Source: a virus. Taken from it: a stretch of 64,000 nucleotides of DNA. The notes below the pieces were generated by a model that saw nothing but the letters and a program-made list of their open reading frames with translations, searched no databases and had not been told where the DNA came from. Positions 20,536-28,067 of the stretch are shown one piece after another. The position numbers and the translations under genes are program-made. Every line of letters begins with the position of its first letter. The stretch's first letter is position 1. The stretch is taken from the IMG/VR virus record IMGVR_UViG_3300020156_000021, positions 1 through 64,000 of that record. One strand, written 5' to 3'.

Positions 20536-20782
20536 TATTTCAACCCCCTTTATATGTGATTATATTATACAATATTTCCCAATATATTAATAAGTTTGTT
20601 TTTAAATGAAATGCTGAATTACTTCAAATTTTTGAAATTAGGGTAAGTATGGTTTTGGGTGTGAAAATACGTTGGAACTCTACTTACTTTAATCTTGGAG
20701 TGTTGTTGTGGGGTTATCCCAAACTTCCAAAATATATAGTTAAAAAATAATATAAATAGGTTTACCCTTGCCTATTTGAAAT

Positions 20783-21307
20783 GTGGTGGTAAAAATGGCA
20801 AATTATCAAATAACTAAATTATCAGAAATAGATTTAATATTAGGGGAAATTATATCGGAAGAAATAATGAAATTTGCTAAAGAAGTTAAGAAAGCATTAA
20901 AAGCAGAACTTAAAGCTAAATTTTATGGCAGACCTGGATATGCTCAAGATAACTCTGGTACAGATTGGTACACTAGAACCTGGGAATTGGTTGATTGTAT
21001 CAGCGTACGTCCGTTAAAGAAAAACGGTAATGAATTTATCACAGAAGTTTTTTATGATACTGACAAAATGAATACATATCCAACAGATGGACACGAATGG
21101 TCTAAACATGAAAGTATTACAACTGGAACAGATGTTCGTTTAATGATTCCATTTTGGATCGAATTTGGACAGGATTCTCCTTTATATTCTTGGGGTGAAT
21201 TTAATATTGTTGGTGATTTAACTGAACGTCTTATAGATGATAGAGCCTTATTACAACATTTCATGAGTGCTTTAACTAAGAAAGGATTCAAATGTATCGC
21301 AAGCTAA
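20783..21307 (+). CDS. Hypothetical protein (possible tail-completion / HK97 gp10-like)
   Basis: 174-aa ORF; ATG 20795 (MANYQITK) is an alternative start. IPFWIEFG weakly resembles the gp10-family (V/I)EFG motif. Followed by two terminators. Confidence 0.45.
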   Translation: MVVKMANYQITKLSEIDLILGEIISEEIMKFAKEVKKALKAELKAKFYGRPGYAQDNSGTDWYTRTWELVDCISVRPLKKNGNEFITEVFYDTDKMNTYPTDGHEWSKHESITTGTDVRLMIPFWIEFGQDSPLYSWGEFNIVGDLTERLIDDRALLQHFMSALTKKGFKCIAS

Positions 21308-21310
21308 TAT

Positions 21311-21335
21311 GAGTGGGGTCTTCCCCACTCTTTTT
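21311..21335 (+). terminator. Rho-independent terminator
   Basis: GAGTGGGG tctt CCCCACTC followed by TTTTT. Confidence 0.85.
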
Positions 21336-21355
21336 GATTTTGATTGTAGATAGTG

Positions 21356-21382
21356 GACATCTCAAAAGAGGTGTCTATTTTT
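21356..21382 (+). terminator. Second tandem terminator
   Basis: GACATCTC aaaa GAGGTGTC (one G-U pair) followed by TATTTTT. Confidence 0.6.
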
Positions 21383-21499
21383 GTGTGATCAAATGGATTG
21401 CATACAGCAGGATAGGTCTGTACAGCCGATAAACACAAGTCCTAGTGCTTCCTGCTTATTTGTTTTTAGGACGTATTATACGAGAGGACGGTATATAAT

Positions 21500-22693
21500 A
21501 TGAAAGAAAATTGGTCAGATGATGAATTATTAAATATTTTAAAGGATTATTATATTAAAAATAATAAAATCCCTAAACAACAAGAAATAAAACCTATGAA
21601 TGGATTACCATCATTTAGTGTATATTATAAAAGGTTTGGAAATTTGAAAAATATATTAAATGAATTAAATATTAGTACAGATGATGATAAATTCAATAGA
21701 AAACATTATACAGATCAAGAATTACTAAATTTATTAAATGAAGAAACAGTAAATCATTTAGAAAATAATATATATTTAATAAGTGAAAGAGAATTTGATT
21801 TACATGAACAATTACCTCATAGTAGTATATATCAAAGACGATTTGGTGGTATAAAAAATGCCTATAATCTTATTGGTTATAATTTTGATCAATTTAATAA
21901 TCAAGCATTGGAACACAATATGATTATTAAATTTAAATTATTAGCTAAAGAATTAGGCCACACTCCTAATAGTAGAGAAATAGACAAATATAGTAAATTG
22001 AATAAATGTTATGCTACTAAAACTTATGCTGAACATTTTGGTAGTATATATAAATTACAGGTTTTGTGCGCTATGATACCCACAAAAATGGGTATTAATA
22101 GAACTCCCGAAGAAATGCTATTAGATTTGAAAAAGCTAGGTCAATATATAAATGATATTCCTACGGCAGATGATATAGATGCATGTGAATTTACATGTTG
22201 TAGTTTACAATATTTAAAAATCTTTGGTGGTATGGAAAATTCTTTATTATTGGCAGGGTTTCCAAAAGACAAAATTAAAAAGAAATGGATATTAACTAAA
22301 GGAAAAACAAAGTGTTTATCGAAATATGAATATAGAATTGCAACTATTTTAGAAGAAAATTCATTTCAATTTGATAAAGATACTTATTACAAAGATGTAA
22401 TATATAATTTTAATAAAAAATATAAATTTGATTTTATTGTTTATTATAAAAATAAAATAAATTACATTGAAATCTTTGGGATACAAGATAATGAAACTTA
22501 CTATACAAAAGCAAAAGAAAAAATTAGTATATGCAAAGAAAATAATATTCCTTTAATATGCCTTTACCCTAAAGATTTTTGGTCTATAAGTAATTTAAAT
22601 TTATTACAGTTATTAATTAATAAAATAAATTCTAATATGTATTATGAGTTTAGTGATGATTATTTTAAAAAGGAAGTGGTTATTAATGGCTAA
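21500..22693 (+). CDS. HEAR (homing-endonuclease-associated repeat) protein with C-terminal PD-(D/E)XK-like nuclease module
   Basis: Repeated W/Y..(D/E)ELL..L......(K/R)IP........LPS...Y.(K/R)RFG....A units (e.g. WSDDELLNILKDYY...LPSFSVYYKRFGNLKN). C-terminus SKYEYRIA...KFDFIV...YIEIFG. Paralog of 28068..29423. Confidence 0.65.
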   Translation: MKENWSDDELLNILKDYYIKNNKIPKQQEIKPMNGLPSFSVYYKRFGNLKNILNELNISTDDDKFNRKHYTDQELLNLLNEETVNHLENNIYLISEREFDLHEQLPHSSIYQRRFGGIKNAYNLIGYNFDQFNNQALEHNMIIKFKLLAKELGHTPNSREIDKYSKLNKCYATKTYAEHFGSIYKLQVLCAMIPTKMGINRTPEEMLLDLKKLGQYINDIPTADDIDACEFTCCSLQYLKIFGGMENSLLLAGFPKDKIKKKWILTKGKTKCLSKYEYRIATILEENSFQFDKDTYYKDVIYNFNKKYKFDFIVYYKNKINYIEIFGIQDNETYYTKAKEKISICKENNIPLICLYPKDFWSISNLNLLQLLINKINSNMYYEFSDDYFKKEVVING

Positions 22694-23711
22694 AATAACT
22701 AAAATTAAGTATTTTACCGAAGAGCGCAAAGCAAAAATTAATCCTGAAAATCAAGCTAAATATAATAAATATCTCAAATCAAATATTATAAAAAACAAAG
22801 ATGTTGAATTTTCAACTTTTGCCACATATTCTTCCAACTTTATGCAATTTCTAGTTTATCTTTCTGAAGAATGGGATAATATTGATTTATATTCTGAAGA
22901 GTTCTTTAAAAATGCTGTTGATATAATGGAAGGGTTTATTAGTTTCTGTGTTGACGTTTTACAGAATAATAAAAAAGCAGTCAATAACAAATTAGCTGCT
23001 GTTTCAACATTTTATCTTTGGTCAATGAAACGTGGATTAATAGATAGACATCCTTTTGATAAGAAACTTGATAGAATGAAAAATGCTAATGATGAGCATA
23101 TTATTAATTCATATTTTTTAACTGATGAACAAATAGAAAAAGTACGTGAAGGTCTAAAGGATGAAAAGAAATTCGATGTTGTTGATAAACTTTTATTTGA
23201 GATTATGTTAGATAGTGCAAATAGAATAGGTGCTATTGATAGACTTAAAATAAGTAACTTAGACATGGATAATTGTGTTTTTACTGACATAAGAGAAAAA
23301 CGTGGATATCACGTTGAGGTATCCATATCAGAGGAAACCCTTCAACATATTCAAGAGTGGTTTGAAATGAGAAAAGATTTAGATAATCTTCAAGTAGATG
23401 CTATATTTATTAGTCGTTATGGGCATGAGTTCCGTAAAATGGCTAGGGGAACACTACAGAGAAGAATTCAAAAAATCGGAACGATACTTGGTCTAGAAGA
23501 TTTTCACAGCCATTGTGTGAGAAAAACAAGTTTGAATGGAATTTATGAAAAGACAGGCGATCTTTCTTTAGCAGCTGAAATGGGTAATCACAAAAGTACT
23601 GAAACTACTCGTGCCAGCTATATAAAGCCTGTTTCAAAGGCACAGGTACGTGAAAAAATTAAAGATATGATTAATAAAAGACAACTTCTTGAGCAAATAA
23701 AATCAGAATAA
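22686..23711 (+). CDS. Tyrosine recombinase / phage-integrase-family protein
   Basis: Catalytic signature DSANRIGAI (R), HSHCVRKT (HxxR), GNHKS (H) and RASYIKP (Y). ATG 22686 (MAKITKIKYF) overlaps the HEAR gene stop at 22691-22693. The tracked ORF begins at 22644. Confidence 0.85.
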   Translation: MAKITKIKYFTEERKAKINPENQAKYNKYLKSNIIKNKDVEFSTFATYSSNFMQFLVYLSEEWDNIDLYSEEFFKNAVDIMEGFISFCVDVLQNNKKAVNNKLAAVSTFYLWSMKRGLIDRHPFDKKLDRMKNANDEHIINSYFLTDEQIEKVREGLKDEKKFDVVDKLLFEIMLDSANRIGAIDRLKISNLDMDNCVFTDIREKRGYHVEVSISEETLQHIQEWFEMRKDLDNLQVDAIFISRYGHEFRKMARGTLQRRIQKIGTILGLEDFHSHCVRKTSLNGIYEKTGDLSLAAEMGNHKSTETTRASYIKPVSKAQVREKIKDMINKRQLLEQIKSE

Positions 23712-23732
23712 AATCTCTATTTTGTTTCACAT

Positions 23733-23752
23733 ATAGGGTCTTCCCTATTTAT
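23733..23752 (+). terminator. Short terminator-like hairpin after the recombinase gene
   Basis: ATAGGG tctt CCCTAT followed by TTAT. Confidence 0.5.
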
Positions 23753-23781
23753 AAAATAAAAAATACAAGGAGGAAATTGAA

Positions 23782-24051
23782 ATGAATTGTGATGGATTGA
23801 AAACTAATTATCATAGTATCCCTTCTCATGAACTGGATACTACAACTGCTGAAAGAGGTATATTCTTTTTACTAAAGAATAACTTCGTAAAAATCAGTGC
23901 CTACTATGAAATTGAAGCACAAAAATTAATTAAAGCATTAAAAGCTTTGGGAATTCAACATAATATTAAATTTGTTGAAGCATTGAATCAGAATTGTCAA
24001 GCAACTTATGAATTTTCTTTGAAGAATTTTAAGGATGACAGGGAGAGTTAA
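23782..24051 (+). CDS. Hypothetical protein
   Basis: 89-aa ORF with AAGGAGG RBS. Confidence 0.55.
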   Translation: MNCDGLKTNYHSIPSHELDTTTAERGIFFLLKNNFVKISAYYEIEAQKLIKALKALGIQHNIKFVEALNQNCQATYEFSLKNFKDDRES

Positions 24052-24059
24052 CATCTCCC
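24041..24059. terminator. Shared hairpin between convergent genes
   Basis: GGGAGA gttaaca TCTCCC followed by CATTTT. Lies between the stops at 24049-24051 (+) and 24064-24066 (-). Confidence 0.5.
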
Positions 24060-24063
24060 CATT

Positions 24064-24720
24064 TTAATATTGATATCTTATTGTAAATTTCGGGTCAGTA
24101 ACTTGATATTCAAAACTAACCATATTTCTGCCTGTAGTACCTACTGGCTGTACAAGTTCATTAATTTTTTGACCATTTACTGCAATACCTTCAGTTACAG
24201 CAGGATCAATATTAGCTCCAATAGGCATAATTACAGTCATTTGTACTTTGCTCCCTCCAGGCATTCCAAGCCCGTCAAATGGCAATACAACTTTGAAATC
24301 AAAAGCGTTAGTGCCTTTAATTGGAAATAACTTATAATCATAAGCAAGATGGTAAAGATTTTGTGAACCAGAAACAGGAGTAAATGCTTTCTTGATCATA
24401 ATGGCACGAAGCATTAACTTACTGGCATCATTAATAACCTCTTGTAAGTTACCTGCTTCTGCTTGTTGGATTATATCCTGTGTCCCTTCCATTACTTTTT
24501 GGGCAGACATAGGATACATTTCAAGATTTGTTGCTTTAAAAATCTCAAGTACAGGTTCACTCACGCTAGTTCCACTTGGTAAAAACCATTGTTGTTCTGG
24601 TGTAAGTGGTACATCAGTTTGAAGAAGTATCTCAACATGTACCATATCAAATTGATTTCCATTAAAGCGAGAAGTATTGTGTAACATAGCTGTCAAATCT
24701 TGAAGCCTAATATTAGCCAT
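24064..24720 (-). CDS. Hypothetical 218-aa protein, GC-richer orphan (no family recognised)
   Basis: Long ORF with GGAGG RBS (minus strand), its own TTGACA-N17-TACAAT promoter and a terminator. Codon composition is visibly GC-richer than the neighbours. No signal peptide or TM segment. Confidence 0.7.
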   Translation of the reverse strand: MANIRLQDLTAMLHNTSRFNGNQFDMVHVEILLQTDVPLTPEQQWFLPSGTSVSEPVLEIFKATNLEMYPMSAQKVMEGTQDIIQQAEAGNLQEVINDASKLMLRAIMIKKAFTPVSGSQNLYHLAYDYKLFPIKGTNAFDFKVVLPFDGLGMPGGSKVQMTVIMPIGANIDPAVTEGIAVNGQKINELVQPVGTTGRNMVSFEYQVTDPKFTIRYQY

Positions 24721-24760
24721 TAGCTCGACCTCCTATTTAATAGATTTATTTTACAGCTAA

Positions 24761-24789
24761 ATTGTACGCTTGTATATTATTAATGTCAA
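24761..24789 (-). promoter_or_regulatory. Sigma-A-type promoter for 24064..24720
   Basis: Minus strand reads TTGACA (24789-24784), 17-nt spacer, TACAAT (24766-24761). Confidence 0.6.
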
Positions 24790-24812
24790 TAAATATAATT
24801 TTTATAGTTATA

Positions 24813-24841
24813 TTGACAATATTTTTAAGTTGGTATACAAT
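24813..24841 (+). promoter_or_regulatory. Sigma-A-type promoter, divergent from the previous one
   Basis: TTGACA (24813-24818), 17 nt, TACAAT (24836-24841). Its -35 and spacer ATTGACA(A)TATTTTTAAG nearly match the promoter at 40301. Confidence 0.6.
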
Positions 24842-24881
24842 GAGTTAGGCACTTTATACATAAATTTGTGTGAGGTGCTTT

Positions 24882-25055
24882 ATGTGTTTATATCAAGATA
24901 AACAAAAACTAATATCCATGTGTATTAACCTAATCAATTATTCCAATAAACTTTATGCTGAAAGTAAAATAACCCTAGTTCAGTACAAAGATTTAACTAA
25001 ATTAAAGCTACAATTCCTACAAAACTGTAATATACATATAGATATTCTAATATAA
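24882..25055 (+). CDS. Possible 57-aa protein
   Basis: First ORF downstream of the 24813 promoter. ATG 24882 follows GAGG; the tracked start is GTG 24870. No recognisable domain. Confidence 0.35.
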   Translation: MCLYQDKQKLISMCINLINYSNKLYAESKITLVQYKDLTKLKLQFLQNCNIHIDILI

Positions 25056-25150
25056 TTATATTGAGATTGTATATACGTTTATCCTCTATCCCCTATCCTA
25101 TTCCCATACATACAGATTTAGGTTATAATAGTTGTACGGAGGTATGGTAA

Positions 25151-25510
25151 ATGGATAAGAATAATAAATTCCCAAGTAAGAAACCATTATCAAAATCTAA
25201 TAAAGAAAATACATTAATAATACGTATGGATTCTGATTTAAAACAAGCTATAGCAGAAATAGCTTTAAAACATAACACTACTGTATCTGAATATGTTAGA
25301 CAATTAATTATTAGAGAAATTAAGTCTGACACAATGATGTATATAAACTCTGTAAAATCTAAAACTCGTTATACAGTTACAGAAGAAATTTTGGAAAGTG
25401 TAATTAGAGAAAGTATTAATGACTTCGCTGATAAATTAGAAGAACATGGATTACTAAAAAAACAAGAAAATAAAAGCATTCTTGAGAATATTAAAGATAA
25501 CAAAGAATAA
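25151..25510 (+). CDS. Ribbon-helix-helix (CopG/Arc/MetJ-like) DNA-binding protein
   Basis: TLIIRMDSDLKQAIAEIALKHNTTVSEYVRQLIIREI fits the beta-strand/helix/helix RHH pattern. GGAGG lies 8 nt upstream of the ATG. Confidence 0.65.
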   Translation: MDKNNKFPSKKPLSKSNKENTLIIRMDSDLKQAIAEIALKHNTTVSEYVRQLIIREIKSDTMMYINSVKSKTRYTVTEEILESVIRESINDFADKLEEHGLLKKQENKSILENIKDNKE

Positions 25511-25516
25511 TGGGCT

Positions 25517-25575
25517 TATATACATTGTTTATACGTTTTATATACATTGTATATATATTCTTCTTGTCATATAAT
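25517..25575 (+). promoter_or_regulatory. Two 12-bp direct repeats (TATATACATTGT) overlapping a TTGTAT-N17-TATAAT promoter
   Basis: Repeat copies at 25517-25528 and 25539-25550, 22 bp apart. -35 at 25547-25552 and -10 at 25570-25575. Related half-motifs ATTGTATATA and TATACGTTT recur at 25066-25080, upstream of the RHH gene. Confidence 0.5.
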
Positions 25576-25624
25576 AATGATGTAAGGTAAAACTTACCAT
25601 TATTTATGTAAAGGGGTCAATCAT

Positions 25625-25936
25625 ATGTCATCTATCTATTATCGTATCGTAGACCAAGACAATCATTTCGTAGATTATTATACCTTCCAACAAGTACCTC
25701 AAGGTCGTGGGAAACCGTCAAAATGGTTTTATTCATCTGTAACTGGTTATACCTCTGGTGCTACACTCTACCCTGATACTACAGGAAGTATTCGTGAATT
25801 ATTAGATCATTTGATACATATGAACGAAAAATTGAAGCAAGATAAGCAGTTTAAAATTGTAGCTGTGGATAAAGATGAGTTGAGATTTGACGGTAGGGTC
25901 ATAACTGATGAAATTAAGGTAGGTGAAGTGAAATGA
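25625..25936 (+). CDS. Hypothetical protein
   Basis: 103-aa ORF after the AAAGGGG RBS region. Overlaps the next gene by 4 nt (ATGA). Confidence 0.55.
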   Translation: MSSIYYRIVDQDNHFVDYYTFQQVPQGRGKPSKWFYSSVTGYTSGATLYPDTTGSIRELLDHLIHMNEKLKQDKQFKIVAVDKDELRFDGRVITDEIKVGEVK

Positions 25937-26181
25937 TTATAGAAACCTACTCTGATGATATGGTTGAAAAATACAAAGGTAAAAAGTGTTTAGTAATAGC
26001 GGATTATCGAAGCGTGAATTATAATGATGATTGTGAAACTGAAATAAATAAAGTTGCTGATAGATATGGGATGGATTTATACCCTGTTTGTGGAGAGATG
26101 AATGTGATAATTATAAGATGTTTAAATAAATATTACGGTGATTATGACGTTTGGTTGGTTGAAGATGGTCTAACTAATTAA
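25933..26181 (+). CDS. Hypothetical acidic protein
   Basis: 82-aa ORF, apparently translationally coupled to 25625..25936. Confidence 0.55.
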   Translation: MIIETYSDDMVEKYKGKKCLVIADYRSVNYNDDCETEINKVADRYGMDLYPVCGEMNVIIIRCLNKYYGDYDVWLVEDGLTN

Positions 26182-26244
26182 CCATTACAACCCCAACCAT
26201 CCCCAACCCTCCTCAACCCTTCCCTCCAAAATCCTTCCCATTTC
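26169..26244 (+). repeat. 76-nt G-free, C-rich tract with degenerate tandem decamers
   Basis: No G between 26169 and 26244. The core 26181-26240 is 32/60 C. It contains CCCCAACCAT, CCCCAACCCT and CCTCAACCCT in tandem (26191-26220). Confidence 0.9.
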
Positions 26245-26293
26245 GCCAAAAGGTGGTATAATATGAGTAGTATTTTGTGTGGAGGTTGATGGG

Positions 26294-26944
26294 ATGAGTG
26301 AGAATACGAATGTAAGTACTGAATTGTGTGAAAAATCTTCTGAACTAGATGAAAAGATTGTACCATACCATACGTTGGAATTGCTTAATGAAATGCAAAA
26401 GAGAAGTATTATGAATACATTTATTTATGCTATTAATGGTATGCGTAGTATTTCAAATGGTAAAATATTGAGGCTTATTAAAAATTTATATATTGTTTGC
26501 AGATTGCATTATCTTTCAATAGAGAATAAAAAGAAATGTAATTTACATCCTCAAAAATTTCACCCTATGCAGCCTAAATATGGCGAAATATATAATGCTA
26601 TAATAACAGAAAATGTAGGCAGTGAATTAAGCAATAATCATTTGGTTATTATTATTTCTAATGAAAAAACCAATTTGTTTGCAGAAAAGGTTAATGCTGT
26701 TCCAATTGAAGGAGATGGCAATGCTGTACCTAAATATCTAGTAAAATTAGAAAATTCAGATTTAGAATATGGAAAATTAGATAAAAGTCCCTCACGAATA
26801 ATCATTCCAGAAATAATTACGATTGATAAAGCTCGTTTGGGTTTAAAAGTTGGTCAAATTAAAAACGAAAAGATTATTGAAATTCAGCGAAAAATATTGG
26901 AACAATTTTCTATAAATATTAGACAATTAGTTGTTGACAAATAG
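26294..26944 (+). CDS. MazF/PemK-fold toxin-like protein with ~95-aa N-terminal extension of unknown function
   Basis: PKYGEIYNAIITENVGSELSNNHLVIIISNEKTN...VNAVPIEG...SRIIIPEIITIDKARL matches the PemK pattern (GdIy..d....GsE..g.RP.vvvS.....n....v.v.PiT...S.v....i.tidk.RL). ATG 26294 is 8 nt after GGAGG. Extended -10 TGgTATAAT at 26254-26262. Confidence 0.65.
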   Translation: MSENTNVSTELCEKSSELDEKIVPYHTLELLNEMQKRSIMNTFIYAINGMRSISNGKILRLIKNLYIVCRLHYLSIENKKKCNLHPQKFHPMQPKYGEIYNAIITENVGSELSNNHLVIIISNEKTNLFAEKVNAVPIEGDGNAVPKYLVKLENSDLEYGKLDKSPSRIIIPEIITIDKARLGLKVGQIKNEKIIEIQRKILEQFSINIRQLVVDK

Positions 26945-27023
26945 AATGTGTGATGGTATTATAGTATTGTAATAATGTTATCAAGTCTATTTTTTATAGA
27001 CATGGCTTTTATAGCTTTTCAAG

Positions 27024-27052
27024 AAAGACCTCCCCAACCCGGAGGTCTTTTT
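27024..27052 (+). terminator. Rho-independent terminator
   Basis: Perfect 10-bp stem AAAGACCTCC ccaaccc GGAGGTCTTT running into a T-run. Confidence 0.85.
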
Positions 27053-27070
27053 CATATCTAAAATCTTCTA

Positions 27071-27100
27071 TTGAATACCCAAGCCCATCTAGCATATAAT
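27071..27100 (+). promoter_or_regulatory. Sigma-A-type promoter for 27143..27427
   Basis: TTGAAT (27071-27076), 18-nt spacer, TATAAT (27095-27100). Confidence 0.55.
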
Positions 27101-27142
27101 AATAGAACAGACGTTCGATATTGATATGGAGATGAATTTTAT

Positions 27143-27427
27143 ATGCCATTCGGGTTTGAGGTACGACAATCAGAGCAAGACAAATTTGATATTTGTGATC
27201 CAGGTGAACCTATAGAGGTGATAGCTATATCATATAAGAACGGTATGGTTAAGCCTTTGTCTATTGTGGTTGATGATGTGGAATATAAGGTTGAGAGGGT
27301 TTTGGATTATGTGAATTGTCGGGAATTGAAACAGAGGATGATTGGATTCAGGTATAGGTGTTTGGTTGGTGGGAGAGTTGTGGTGTTGGTGTATGATGGG
27401 GAGAGATGGTGGTTAGTGGGGAAATAG
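27143..27427 (+). CDS. Hypothetical 94-aa protein, GC-richer
   Basis: ORF downstream of its own promoter with a G/T-rich coding strand. Its 3' end overlaps the convergent gene by 15 nt. Confidence 0.55.
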   Translation: MPFGFEVRQSEQDKFDICDPGEPIEVIAISYKNGMVKPLSIVVDDVEYKVERVLDYVNCRELKQRMIGFRYRCLVGGRVVVLVYDGERWWLVGK

Positions 27428-27793
27428 GGTGTTCGATAGCTTTTTTAATTCAGATATCCCTTCGTATTCCGGGTGGGTATCAAAAGTTAGATTGATAGCA
27501 TTTACCAAAAGTTTGAATTTTTTTTGTAGTGATAGTTTAGGTCTTCTGTTGATTTTATTGTTAACATACTTACCAGACCATTCTTCCGCAAAGGATTCAG
27601 TTTTTTCCAGTGTTTTGAAAGTCTTTTTCTTTTTAAGCGAGTTATAAACTATTTTCTTATCTTTCGTAACTTCCAACCAAAAAAAATATTTTTTGTCATT
27701 GAAATAGATGGTGAAAGTATGGCCTCGTTTTAGAGCCGTATGGACATAATCAGGTATCCAGGTTGGACTAATGTTGCGTTTTCTAAATTTCAT
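27413..27793 (-). CDS. Hypothetical basic 126-aa protein
   Basis: GTGAGG RBS on the minus strand. Own promoter TTGACA-N17-TACACT (minus strand, 27862-27834). Confidence 0.55.
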   Translation of the reverse strand: MKFRKRNISPTWIPDYVHTALKRGHTFTIYFNDKKYFFWLEVTKDKKIVYNSLKKKKTFKTLEKTESFAEEWSGKYVNNKINRRPKLSLQKKFKLLVNAINLTFDTHPEYEGISELKKLSNTLFPH

Positions 27794-27833
27794 TTTTTAC
27801 CTCACAAATGAATAGTTGTTATTAATTAGTATT

Positions 27834-27862
27834 AGTGTAAATTATATGGAGAAGTTTGTCAA
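27834..27862 (-). promoter_or_regulatory. Sigma-A-type promoter for 27413..27793
   Basis: Minus strand reads TTGACA (27862-27857), 17 nt, TACACT (27839-27834). Confidence 0.5.
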
Positions 27863-27984
27863 ATAAAAATTGGTTAAATATTGATAAATAATTGAATCTG
27901 TAGAGATATGGGTTCTTTTTATTATAGATTTTTAGTAGAGGTTATCAGCGCAGATAATTAGGGGAGTTCCCTACTCTATTATTG

Positions 27985-28020
27985 ATGAGCCGTTTCTCCT
28001 ATGGACGGCTCATTTTATTT
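27985..28020 (+). terminator. Rho-independent terminator-like hairpin
   Basis: ATGAGCCGT ttctcctatgg ACGGCTCAT followed by TTTATTTTT. Confidence 0.7.
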
Positions 28021-28067
28021 TTACATAGGTATTATTAAAATAATTTATTCCATAGGAGGTTTAATGT

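Noticed and set aside
26191-26220. Type III (ToxIN-like) antitoxin RNA repeat array upstream of the MazF-fold gene
   Set aside because: There are only three degenerate 10-nt units. They lie upstream of the predicted -10 element, so they are probably not transcribed with the toxin. No terminator separates them from the gene, as there is in toxIN loci.
26178-26366. 62-aa minus-strand ORF (…WEGFWREGLRRVGDGWGCNG)
   Set aside because: It is an artefact of the G-rich complement of the C-rich tract. It has no RBS, runs antisense through the promoter and start of the MazF-fold gene, and has a low-complexity Gly/Trp/Arg composition.
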